From Verrucomicrobiota bacterium (lineage in GTDB: Bacteria > Verrucomicrobiota > Verrucomicrobiia > Limisphaerales > JAEYXS01), in contig JAURFH010000001.1 of assembly GCA_030834415.1 (NCBI GenBank), positions 2,951-66,950 of the forward strand: 64,000 bases of DNA, in the 5' to 3' direction. Both the position numbers and the translations under genes were made by a program. The first letter of the stretch is position 1. Every line of letters begins with the position of its first letter. Below are positions 1-9,096 of the stretch, in pieces. The notes under the pieces are model-generated. The model saw only the letters and a list, made by a program, of their open reading frames with translations, had not been told where the DNA came from and did no database searches.

Positions 1-1873
1 CACCACCCATAGCACCGCCATAAATTTTCCCATCGCTTTGATAGATCATCCCGTGCTCGAAACTGGCACCCTCGCTGTATTGGAAATGATGTATAACTTC
101 ATATCCGCTCCCATCCTTGTTCAGGCGATAAGCCACACCCCAATCAAATTCTCCGCCCTTTTCTGTGAGTCCATAAAGTTTCCCATCCGGTCCTTCGATA
201 AGTTTGCCGACCGGGTTACGACCATTATCGCCATCAAACGTGTAAAACCGCTCATACGTACCCACGTCACGACCGATACGAAACAGAAAACCGTTCGGGT
301 TGGGCTCTTCACCGTAAGCCAAGTTCACACCGTATAGGACGCCATTGCTGCCCAAGCACAAAGGTGCCTTGATGCCGCCATATTCGGCTGAATGAAGAAT
401 CTGATAACCAGAACCATCCTTCCGGATTTTAAAAACAGTCCCTCCGCTCCTCGCCTCAAAACTCATCCGCGGAAAAACACCTCCTCGCATGGTGGTTCCA
501 TAAAGGAACTCATCTCCCCCATCAATGACACCCCCGACCGGATAAGCCGCGTCGCCAGTATGCAAATGGCTTGAACCTTGCCAATTGTTTCTCAACTCCA
601 TGGCGATACACTGATGCTCAATCGCGTAGCCACTGCCATCATTGGCCAAGCCATAGACGCCGCCCGCTCCAGCTCCCATTCCCGCCTCCAGCAAGCCATA
701 CAGGCGACCATCGCTCCCTTCCGTCACACCTCCGGCTACATCTCGTCCTTCATCCGTCTCCGCTTTGAACAGGTGCAGGAGTTCATAGCCACTACCGTCT
801 TGATTGATCCGAAAAACTGCGCCTCGCGCATCCACCGCATCTGGAGATTCACACGTGATATAGAGTTTGCCATCACTGCCCGCCATCATACCACGGGCGA
901 TGGTTGGCAAATCTGTCTGGCTGCTGAACTGAAACAACACGGTGAAATTGCTGCCGTCCTTGTCCACCCGAAACACGCGACTTCCTTGAAACAGAATGTC
1001 CATATTATCGCCGCGAGACAGTATAGCCGGCTCCGCGTTCCAAGCGCCACGTTGAAGCACATATAGTTTACCGTCACTCCCCTCGAAGAAACGGACTATC
1101 ACCCCGACATTGGCACCACGAGGAGCCACCACTGTCTGAAAGTCACTGCCGTCTTTGGCGATCCGGAATATATCCAAGCCCTGTTCCGACGCACCATAGA
1201 GCAGCCCATCACTTCCTTCGACCAAGCGATGATTGCTCGGCACAAGCGTTTCCGGCACGGCAAGCATCTCAAAACCTGAACCATCGGGATTCATACGGAA
1301 AATTCCGCCCGCCGTCATAAGTGCGCCATACAGTCTCCCATCTCCAGCCAATAGAACACCATCAGCTACTGCCACCCCTTCTGCACTGCTGAACTTCTTA
1401 AGACTGGTGAATTCACTTCCATCTGGTTTCAATCGGAAGAACATGGAATCCCCATAAAACGGAGGGTTTACTCCCTGACCAGCACGGGTAATTCCGTAAA
1501 GATATCCATCTCCATCCTGCTGCAAGCTGCCCAAAAGAAGCTGCCCTTCGGTAAAGAAACCCTCAGCCAAATTCGGAGCCAGTGATTTGATTGCGGTGAA
1601 TTCCTTACTTGCCGGATCAAACCGAAACACGGTCCCTATGCCATTAGTTCCATCCTCCCGCGTGTAACCATAGAGGCGACCATCTTCTGCCTTCAGCAGC
1701 TCACCCACAGGAACATATGCAGGGGGGCCATTGAAAACTCCAAAGCCTCGCAACACTTCAACTTTCATGGAGGTTTGAGCCATCGTAGAAAGCGAACTGA
1801 TCAGCAACAGAAAAACGGCCGCTGCCAGCAGTTTCGCCGCTTGGCACAGTTTACTCCTCCTTTGGTACGACAT
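1..1873 (-). CDS. Secreted tandem-repeat protein, GloVer-type (choice-of-anchor) repeat family; 3' end runs off the window
   Basis: Absent from the ORF track because it has no in-window stop. My manual minus-strand translation from ATG (complement of 1871-1873) stays open to base 1, about 624 codons. The N-terminus MSYQRRSKLCQAAKLLAAAVFLLLISSLSTMAQT looks like a signal peptide. The body is about 10 copies of a 55-60 aa unit of the form DG.LYG.t..GG..g.G.vFri..DGSg...L..F, which I associate with the Gloeobacter/Verrucomicrobia GloVer repeat. Confidence 0.75.
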   Translation of the reverse strand, partial: MSYQRRSKLCQAAKLLAAAVFLLLISSLSTMAQTSMKVEVLRGFGVFNGPPAYVPVGELLKAEDGRLYGYTREDGTNGIGTVFRFDPASKEFTAIKSLAPNLAEGFFTEGQLLLGSLQQDGDGYLYGITRAGQGVNPPFYGDSMFFRLKPDGSEFTSLKKFSSAEGVAVADGVLLAGDGRLYGALMTAGGIFRMNPDGSGFEMLAVPETLVPSNHRLVEGSDGLLYGASEQGLDIFRIAKDGSDFQTVVAPRGANVGVIVRFFEGSDGKLYVLQRGAWNAEPAILSRGDNMDILFQGSRVFRVDKDGSNFTVLFQFSSQTDLPTIARGMMAGSDGKLYITCESPDAVDARGAVFRINQDGSGYELLHLFKAETDEGRDVAGGVTEGSDGRLYGLLEAGMGAGAGGVYGLANDGSGYAIEHQCIAMELRNNWQGSSHLHTGDAAYPVGGVIDGGDEFLYGTTMRGGVFPRMSFEARSGGTVFKIRKDGSGYQILHSAEYGGIKAPLCLGSNGVLYGVNLAYGEEPNPNGFLFRIGRDVGTYERFYTFDGDNGRNPVGKLIEGPDGKLYGLTEKGGEFDWGVAYRLNKDGSGYEVIHHFQYSEGASFEHGMIYQSDGKIYGGAMGG

Positions 1874-1975
1874 ACTTCTAAAAGGCTGGCATACCACCCC
1901 ACACCTTGCAAGGGGACATTTAATCTCCTTATCTTCCGACTTGGTCGACAGCCAGTTGCCCGCTAAACCTCTCCC

Positions 1976-3943
1976 ATGCCGGACGCGCCGCTCAATCTGA
2001 AGACCTTGGTCAAAAGCCTATATGGCGTTGGTCATGAGCGGGCCGCTCAGTTGCACCGGCTTGGCATCTATACGGTTGAGGACCTTTTGTATCACCGCCC
2101 TCGAAGATACGAAGACCGGCGCCATTTTCTTTCCATAGCCGACCTCACTCTCGATGCCCCTGCCACAGTTCGCGGGAAAGTCATCACCATGGGCTTGAAT
2201 ACCTTTGCCCGAGGTCGCAAGTCAGTCTTTGAGCTGGTGGTCGATGACGGCTCTGCCCGCCTGCATTGTCGCTGGTGGAATCTCCCGTTCATGCAGAACT
2301 ACTTCAAGCAGGGCGATGATGTGATGGTGTATAGCAAGCCGAACTCGCTCAAGCCACGCACCATGGATCATCCGGAAACGGAAGTCATCGATCCCGGTGA
2401 GGAAGTGTCCATCCACCTGAACCGCATCGTCCCCATCTACCCACTCACCGAGGGTTTGCCGCAGCGCTGGATCCGCTCACTCATCGCGCGCAACTTGGAA
2501 CAATTCGAGCCCGCTCTAATCGAACCATACCCTGAGGCCTCGCAAGTTGGTTATCCTGACTTTAGCAATGCCCTGCACATGCTCCATTTCCCTGAGGAAC
2601 GTGAAGATACGGATATCGCCCGCAAGCGGCTCGCCTTGAACGAACTCATTGCCTTGCAGCAAGAGATACAAGGTCGTCGCCGTCGCTTGGAATTAAATGC
2701 CGTATCCCTGCCCTGTGCCGGAGACAACCACCTGATCAAACCCTTTCTCGCGCAGCTTGGCTTCAAGCTCACGGACGGGCAGACTAAAGTGCTGCGGGAG
2801 ATACGTCACGACATGGGTGGAGAGCACCCCATGCGCCGACTACTGCAGGGAGATGTCGGTGCTGGCAAAACAGCCGTCGCCGCGTGCTCAGCCCTGATGA
2901 CCATAGAGAGCGGATATACCGTCCTGCTCATGGCCCCCACGGAAATACTTGCCGAGCAACATTTCCGAAATTTCCAGCGCTGGTTTGAGCCGCTAAAAAT
3001 CCCCGTCGAATTTCAATCAGGCAGCCGAAAGTCATACTTCTCTCATGATCGCCCCTGCCTGATCATCGGCACACATGCCCTAGTGCAAGATGCCTTCCGT
3101 CAGGAAATGGTCGGCCTAGTTATCATCGATGAGCAGCACAAGTTTGGGGTGTCGCAGCGCGAATCACTTGTGCGTAAAGGCAAATATCCGCACCTGCTCG
3201 TGATGACTGCCACCCCCATCCCTCGCACCCTAGGGCTAACTCTTTACGGCGATTTGGATGTTTCTGTCATCGATCAGATGCCAGGCAATCGGGGACGCAT
3301 CCGCACTTACGTCCGTACTCCGGATAAGCTCAAGCAAGTGCTGGCCTTCCTTCTGGAGAAACTCACTGAGGGACGGCAGGCTTATATCGTTTATCCCCGG
3401 GTAGAGGAGGATGAATCGGAAAAAGAAGTCAAAGCCGTCAAAGGTGAATTCAATAAACTTGCTCTCTCTCTGGCTCCATTCAAGGCGGGCTTGCTGCACG
3501 GTCGATTGTCCTCCGAGGACAAGGACAAAGTGATGACGGATTTCCGTGAGAACAAGCTTCAGTGTCTTGTGGCCACCAGTGTGATCGAGGTAGGTGTCGA
3601 TGTGCCCAACGCCACGGTGATGGTCATCGAAAATGCCGAACAGTTCGGATTGGCTCAGCTGCATCAGTTGCGGGGGCGCATCGGGCGCGGGGCCCATGAT
3701 TCCCATTGCATTCTCCTGGCCAGACTCAAGACCGATGAGGCAAAACAGCGCATGAAAGTGATGGAAGAAACCACCGATGGCTTCCGCATCGCCGAGGCGG
3801 ACTTGGAGCTACGCGGTCCCGGCGACCTTTTGGGTCGCACGCAAAGCGGCCTGCCCCCGTTCAAGTTCGCTAATTTGATTCAAGACCTCCCTTTGGTCGA
3901 GCTGGCCCGTCAGCTGGCGGCACAGCGGCTCAAAGCCAAATGA
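1976..3943 (+). CDS. recG: ATP-dependent DNA helicase RecG
   Basis: 655 aa. N-terminal wedge region followed by superfamily-2 helicase motifs GDVGAGKT, IIDEQHKFG, MTATPIPRT and QLHQLRGRIGRG. Length and motif order are typical of RecG. Confidence 0.93.
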   Translation: MPDAPLNLKTLVKSLYGVGHERAAQLHRLGIYTVEDLLYHRPRRYEDRRHFLSIADLTLDAPATVRGKVITMGLNTFARGRKSVFELVVDDGSARLHCRWWNLPFMQNYFKQGDDVMVYSKPNSLKPRTMDHPETEVIDPGEEVSIHLNRIVPIYPLTEGLPQRWIRSLIARNLEQFEPALIEPYPEASQVGYPDFSNALHMLHFPEEREDTDIARKRLALNELIALQQEIQGRRRRLELNAVSLPCAGDNHLIKPFLAQLGFKLTDGQTKVLREIRHDMGGEHPMRRLLQGDVGAGKTAVAACSALMTIESGYTVLLMAPTEILAEQHFRNFQRWFEPLKIPVEFQSGSRKSYFSHDRPCLIIGTHALVQDAFRQEMVGLVIIDEQHKFGVSQRESLVRKGKYPHLLVMTATPIPRTLGLTLYGDLDVSVIDQMPGNRGRIRTYVRTPDKLKQVLAFLLEKLTEGRQAYIVYPRVEEDESEKEVKAVKGEFNKLALSLAPFKAGLLHGRLSSEDKDKVMTDFRENKLQCLVATSVIEVGVDVPNATVMVIENAEQFGLAQLHQLRGRIGRGAHDSHCILLARLKTDEAKQRMKVMEETTDGFRIAEADLELRGPGDLLGRTQSGLPPFKFANLIQDLPLVELARQLAAQRLKAK

Positions 3944-4015
3944 ACGCCTAATTTAGGCCGTTTTCTCATCACGCTTGCAGCTTGCCTCGGGTGTGCCAAA
4001 TGGTATCTTTGAGCC

Positions 4016-4366
4016 ATGAACAAATCTGTCATTGCTTTGTTGACCGGTTCGGCGCTCTTGGTCGGTTGCGGCCAATCCGACCCGGCAGCCAAGCCGGCTG
4101 AGTCTCAGGTAGGCCAAAACCCCGTCGACGCCCCGACCGACTACCTGAAAACTGTGGCCAAAGCCAAGAAAACGGCCGAATCTTCCGTGGACACGACGTC
4201 GCTCAATTCTGCGATCTCCATGTTTCAGGTCGAACAAGGCCGCAATCCCAAGGATTTGAACGAGTTGGTGACCAGCGGCACCATGAAAGCACTCCCTGCT
4301 CCGCCGTATAATATGAAGTTCGAATACGATGCCGCGAAAGGCACCGTGAAGGTCGTTCCCAAATAA
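4016..4366 (+). CDS. Small lipoprotein, function unknown
   Basis: 116 aa with signal peptide and lipobox LLVGC at [20 protein letters not shown]. The C-terminal half ([31 protein letters not shown]) loosely resembles the globular part of GspG/pseudopilin-like proteins. No firm family call. Confidence 0.6.
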   Translation: MNKSVIALLTGSALLVGCGQSDPAAKPAESQVGQNPVDAPTDYLKTVAKAKKTAESSVDTTSLNSAISMFQVEQGRNPKDLNELVTSGTMKALPAPPYNMKFEYDAAKGTVKVVPK

Positions 4367-4458
4367 GTCCCAGGTTCGGTTCAGGTTTACCGGTAAATTT
4401 CTCCACTTTTCACTCGCCAAACGTTTTTGCGGAAGGCAAACACTTTGCCCTTGTTCTC

Positions 4459-6000
4459 ATGAACGAACAGATCGTCATCCTTGATTTTGGGTCACAATAC
4501 ACACAAGTCATCGCGCGCCGTATCCGCGAGTGCAATGTGTATTCTGTCATCTTGCCCTTCAACACCCCGGCGGACGAGATCGCCAAATTGAAGCCGTCTG
4601 GCTTGATTCTGTCCGGCGGACCCTCCAGCGTTTACTCGGCCAAAGCACCATTACCAGATAAAGGCGTGTTCGAGCTGGGTATCCCCGTCTTGGGCATCTG
4701 TTTCGGCGTGCAGCTACTTGGCCACTTCTTGGGCGGCAAAGTGGAACGTGGTGATAAGCGCGAATACGGCAAAGGCACGCTGACGGTCAAAGACAAGACG
4801 TGCCCGCTCTTCAAGAAGCTGCCCAAGACGCTGCAGGTCTGGAATTCTCACGGTGACAAACTCACCAAGCTGCCGGAAGGCTTCAAGCCGGTGGCCGCCA
4901 CGGAGAACTCGGATTACGCAGCCATCGAGAATCGCAAGCGCCATTTCTACGGATTGCAATTCCACCCTGAAGTTGTCCATACCCCTCGCGGTAAGGAGAT
5001 CATCAGCAACTTCGTACACGGCATTTGTGGTTGCGGCAAGGACTGGACGATGCGCAGCTACATCGACCAGGCCGTAGAGGAGATCCGCGCCCAAGTCGGC
5101 AAGGAACACGTCATTCTCGGACTCTCCGGCGGGGTAGATTCAAGCGTAGCCGCCGCTTTGATCCACAAGGCCATCGGCGACCAACTCACTTGCATATTCG
5201 TGAATAATGGTGTGCTCCGCGCGAAGGAAGCCCAGGTGGTGCAGGATGTCTTTGCCAAGAGTTTCAAGATCAAGCTGCAATACGAGGATGCTTCTAAAAT
5301 CTTCATGAAGCGCATGAAAGGGGTCACTGACCCGGAGACCAAGCGCAAAGTAATTGGCAAGACATTCATCGAAGTTTTCAATACCGCGACCAAAAAGGCC
5401 GGCAAAGCCAAATTCTTGGCTCAAGGCACACTCTATCCTGACGTCATCGAGTCTGTACCCATCGCAGGTAATCCAGCTGCGATGATCAAGAGCCATCATA
5501 ACGTCGGTGGTCTGCCGAAGAATATGAAGTTCAAACTGGTCGAGCCTTTGAAGCATCTCTTCAAAGATGAGGTGCGCCAGCTTGGACTCGAACTCGGTGT
5601 ACCGAAAGAGATCGTATATCGTCAGCCCTTCCCTGGCCCTGGCTTGGCCGTGCGCATCCTCGGCGAAGTGAACGAAAGCCGTTGCGAGATTTTACGCAAT
5701 GCCGATGCCATCGTAGTGGAAGAAATGAAGAGCTCCGGCTGGTATTACAAGATCTGGCAGAGCTTCGCGGTTCTTTTGCCCGTGCGGTCCGTGGGTGTGA
5801 TGGGTGATGAACGCACTTACGATTATACCATCGCCATCCGTGCAGTAGAATCGCAAGACGGCATGACGGCTGACTGGGTAAAGCTGCCCTACGAGTTGCT
5901 TGAGAAATTAGCTAGCCGAATCATCAACGAGGTCAAAGGCGTGAATCGCTGCGTGTTCGACATCACCAGCAAGCCGCCGGGAACCATCGAGTGGGAGTAA
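4459..6000 (+). CDS. guaA: GMP synthase (glutamine-hydrolysing)
   Basis: 513 aa. N-terminal class I amidotransferase ([13 protein letters not shown]), ATP-pyrophosphatase P-loop LSGGVDSS, and conserved C-terminus KPPGTIEWE. Confidence 0.97.
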   Translation: MNEQIVILDFGSQYTQVIARRIRECNVYSVILPFNTPADEIAKLKPSGLILSGGPSSVYSAKAPLPDKGVFELGIPVLGICFGVQLLGHFLGGKVERGDKREYGKGTLTVKDKTCPLFKKLPKTLQVWNSHGDKLTKLPEGFKPVAATENSDYAAIENRKRHFYGLQFHPEVVHTPRGKEIISNFVHGICGCGKDWTMRSYIDQAVEEIRAQVGKEHVILGLSGGVDSSVAAALIHKAIGDQLTCIFVNNGVLRAKEAQVVQDVFAKSFKIKLQYEDASKIFMKRMKGVTDPETKRKVIGKTFIEVFNTATKKAGKAKFLAQGTLYPDVIESVPIAGNPAAMIKSHHNVGGLPKNMKFKLVEPLKHLFKDEVRQLGLELGVPKEIVYRQPFPGPGLAVRILGEVNESRCEILRNADAIVVEEMKSSGWYYKIWQSFAVLLPVRSVGVMGDERTYDYTIAIRAVESQDGMTADWVKLPYELLEKLASRIINEVKGVNRCVFDITSKPPGTIEWE

Positions 6001-6020
6001 GCTGAACTGTGCAAGTTTTC

Positions 6021-6054
6021 AAGGCATGCTCGAAAGGGCATGCCTTTTTCTTTT
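6021..6054 (+). terminator. Rho-independent terminator after guaA
   Basis: Stem AAGGCATGC (6021-6029) pairs with GCATGCCTT (6038-6046), followed by the T-rich run TTTTTCTTTT to 6054. It lies 20 nt after the guaA stop. Confidence 0.65.
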
Positions 6055-6129
6055 GCCATTTCTTAGGAACATTGACCTGATGCCGCTGCAAGCGCACTCT
6101 TAGGAAATCAGGCAACCGCTTGGACCGGG

Positions 6130-9039
6130 ATGAAACTTATTTGCACCATCATTCATCAACTGCTCCGATTTCTCATCCGTCTTTACTATCCCCGTATCGA
6201 GATCACCGGACGCGACCGCATCCCCAAGAATGGACCGGTATTGCTCGTCGCCAATCATGCGAACGCGCTGATCGATTCGGTCTTGCTCGGCATCGTCGCG
6301 GGCCGTCCGGTGATTTTTCTAACGAAAGCTCCGCTGTTTGAGATCCCGATATTGGGCCACTTCATACGTGGTTTGGGAATGATTCCGGCGTATCGCGCCA
6401 GTGACGATGCCAAACAGGTGTGCCGCAACCTGGAGTCTATCGAGAAAGCTGCACAGGCCGTAGCCGCTGGGGACGCGGTGGGAATCTTCCCGGAGGGCCA
6501 TAGCCATGATGAATTGCATCTGGAGCAAATCCGCTCGGGCGCACCGCGCATCGCCATCAAGGCACTCGAGAACGGGGTTAAAGATCTGGTCATCGTGCCG
6601 GTCGGATTTAATTTCGAGTGCAAAGAAAAGTTCCGTAGTTCCATTTGGGTGCAGGTGGGTGAACCCATCCAGGTCTCCACACGAAAAGACGATACTCAGA
6701 CCGATGCCCAACGCATCCGGCATCTCACCGGGGAGATCAACCTGCGGTTGCGCGCCTCCATCATCCATTTGGAAGAAGCTGAGTGGGCATCATTGTTAGG
6801 TGATCTGGAGGCGCTGGCTCCCGCCAGGTTCCAGCCTGGTCAAGATCCCATCATCGGGTTGAAGCGCCGTAAATGGCTGGCTGAGGGGATGAATTATTTC
6901 AACCGCACCGAGAAAAAACGCTCACGCGCATTGGCCATCGCCACCTTACGCCATCATCGCGAATTGGCGGCCATCGGGCTCACCCCGGGGTCGCCGATCA
7001 TGCGGTTAAAAGGACCGCGCTTTGCCGCCCTGCTCTGCTGGCGCACGCTTACCCTTTGCGCCGGCGTGATCCCCACCGTGCTGTGCACCATGCACCACTT
7101 CGTCCCCTTCATTCTTACACGCTGGCTCGCCAATCGCAGCCCGGCCAGGAAACGCATCACGCAGGCGCAAGCCCGGATGGCCTTTGGCCTGCCCATCTAC
7201 ATCGCGTGGTATGCCTTCGTTTGGTATTGGGGACAGACCTATTTCTTGCGAACTGTGACCACGGTTTGGTGCCTGCTCATGCCCTTCGCCGGGATTTATG
7301 CGTTGAGCTATTGGCGTCAGGTGGTTGAAGCTGCGAACTTATGGTGGCACCAGATTCTAGCCATGTTCCATCGCGAGAAGCTGAAGGGCATCCGCAACGA
7401 GCAAGCCCGCCTTGGCGTAGAATTACAGGCCTTGGGGAATGATTTCAGCCGCGAGCACCCGCTGGAAACACAGCCCGCAAGTTCTTTCTCCTGGCTGTGG
7501 TTATTACGCTGGACGGCGCGCTGGACCGTGGGCCTTGGAGTCGCGGGCTTCCTGTTGATCTGGATCACCGTTCTGACGCGCAACGAAGCTTTCCCGGAAC
7601 TGACCAGACAGGGGCCGGACTTGCGCTCACTTTCGCCCACAACCTTGATCGCCCGAATCGAAGCCGATGAGAAAGCTCTCGCCGATCTGCTTACGGGCCT
7701 GGCCAGTTTGGAAAAGAAAGCCGTCGTCTTAAACCAGGAGTTTCTTTCCGGTAAACGCACTTTCTACAATCAAGACGATGACGATCTCGTGCGCGGCCTG
7801 GAACTGGCCCTAATCGGCTACCGCACCGAACTGCTCCGCATCCTTTGTGATTACCAGGGGCATGCCGAGATCGCAGATGACAAACTCCGGCTCCGCGGCT
7901 TTCTGTTGATGCTTACCAGTGGTGCAGCCTTGTATGAGAATTCCTACAAATTTGTTTATATGTTCGCGGACGACCCCGTCGTCATCAAGAAACTGAACGA
8001 AGGCGATCCCCGCTGGAACATACCAAACGGCTTATACGACCAGGTTCGCGAGAATCTGCGCCATCCCGCGCATCACAAGCTGCTGGCCAACGGCTTTGCA
8101 CATCACCAGCGTTTCCTGCCTGAGCTGGAAAAACATGGGCTGACAAAGAATGAACCCTACCAAACTTTCGAGACCCAGCTCCGCCAAACAAGATCGCTGA
8201 TGCAGGACGGCAAGGTGCCGGTATTGCAGGAGAGTTTTTTGGCGGCTGTCAAGGAATCCAAATTCCTTGGCAAAGCGGCCGTTTATCGCGGTCAAGCCGC
8301 CGTTTCAACATGGGTCGGTGACACTCGTGTCCGTCAACCCCGTGCCGGTCAGGCACTAATCGAGCCACGGCAATTGATCGAACTCCGGAAAACGGTTCAA
8401 CCCGGCGACATCTTGCTGGAACGTCAGAACTGGTTTCTCTCACGTGCCTTTATGCCTGGCTATTGGGCTCATGCGGCTCTTTATGTCGGCACGGTCGAAG
8501 ACCTCATCGCCATGGGGCTGGACCAGGACCCACGCGTAAAACCGCATTGGGAAAAATTCACCGAGCGTGACGAAGAGGGACATGAGCACGTCATCCTCGA
8601 AGCCGTGCCGGCCGGTGTCCGCATCACCACCTTTGAACATTGCCTTGGGATCGCGGACTCGGCGGCCATTCTGCGTCCGCGCCTGAGCAAAGAGCAGATC
8701 CGCGAGGGCATCGCGGTCGCCTTCAGCCATCTCGACAAACCATATGACTTCGAGTTCGACTTCTTCAGCACCGACAAGCTGGTGTGCACCGAACTGGTCT
8801 ATCGTGCTTATGACTCCTATCTGAACATCCCGCTGGTTGATGTGATGGGCCGTCGCACTTTGCCCCCCACCGAGCTGGTCCGCTACTTCGCGAACAATCT
8901 GAACAAGCCCGACCACGAACTGGATTTCGTAGCTTTCTACGATGGCAAAGAGGGCCTTGGCCGCGCCGAAAAAAGCACTGCGGAGGAACTCGCCAAATCA
9001 GTGGACCGCCCATCCCTGACTTGGCTGCAAAAGCGATAA
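6130..9039 (+). CDS. Membrane fusion protein: N-terminal PlsC/LPLAT-type acyltransferase, TM region, C-terminal YiiX-like permuted papain (NlpC/P60 superfamily) domain
   Basis: 969 aa. N-terminal acyltransferase blocks are LLVANHANALID (His/Asp block), GMIPAYR and IFPEGHSH. Residues about 290-480 hold several hydrophobic helices. The C-terminus carries a permuted His-then-Cys signature: PGDILLER..WAHAALYVG ... HVILEA ... DKPYDFEFDF..DKLVCTELVYRAY. Confidence 0.75.
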   Translation: MKLICTIIHQLLRFLIRLYYPRIEITGRDRIPKNGPVLLVANHANALIDSVLLGIVAGRPVIFLTKAPLFEIPILGHFIRGLGMIPAYRASDDAKQVCRNLESIEKAAQAVAAGDAVGIFPEGHSHDELHLEQIRSGAPRIAIKALENGVKDLVIVPVGFNFECKEKFRSSIWVQVGEPIQVSTRKDDTQTDAQRIRHLTGEINLRLRASIIHLEEAEWASLLGDLEALAPARFQPGQDPIIGLKRRKWLAEGMNYFNRTEKKRSRALAIATLRHHRELAAIGLTPGSPIMRLKGPRFAALLCWRTLTLCAGVIPTVLCTMHHFVPFILTRWLANRSPARKRITQAQARMAFGLPIYIAWYAFVWYWGQTYFLRTVTTVWCLLMPFAGIYALSYWRQVVEAANLWWHQILAMFHREKLKGIRNEQARLGVELQALGNDFSREHPLETQPASSFSWLWLLRWTARWTVGLGVAGFLLIWITVLTRNEAFPELTRQGPDLRSLSPTTLIARIEADEKALADLLTGLASLEKKAVVLNQEFLSGKRTFYNQDDDDLVRGLELALIGYRTELLRILCDYQGHAEIADDKLRLRGFLLMLTSGAALYENSYKFVYMFADDPVVIKKLNEGDPRWNIPNGLYDQVRENLRHPAHHKLLANGFAHHQRFLPELEKHGLTKNEPYQTFETQLRQTRSLMQDGKVPVLQESFLAAVKESKFLGKAAVYRGQAAVSTWVGDTRVRQPRAGQALIEPRQLIELRKTVQPGDILLERQNWFLSRAFMPGYWAHAALYVGTVEDLIAMGLDQDPRVKPHWEKFTERDEEGHEHVILEAVPAGVRITTFEHCLGIADSAAILRPRLSKEQIREGIAVAFSHLDKPYDFEFDFFSTDKLVCTELVYRAYDSYLNIPLVDVMGRRTLPPTELVRYFANNLNKPDHELDFVAFYDGKEGLGRAEKSTAEELAKSVDRPSLTWLQKR

Positions 9040-9044
9040 AACAA

Positions 9045-9072
9045 AACTGGCCGGTGATATCACTAGCCAGTT
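9045..9072. terminator. Near-perfect 28-nt palindrome between convergent genes; likely bidirectional terminator, better for pheT
   Basis: AACTGGCCGGTGATATCACTAGCCAGTT has one mismatch and one G-T pair. An A-run lies on the plus-strand 5' side, which gives a U-run for the minus-strand pheT transcript. Confidence 0.5.
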
Positions 9073-9096
9073 CACGAATCCAATCAGCGTAAGCGC

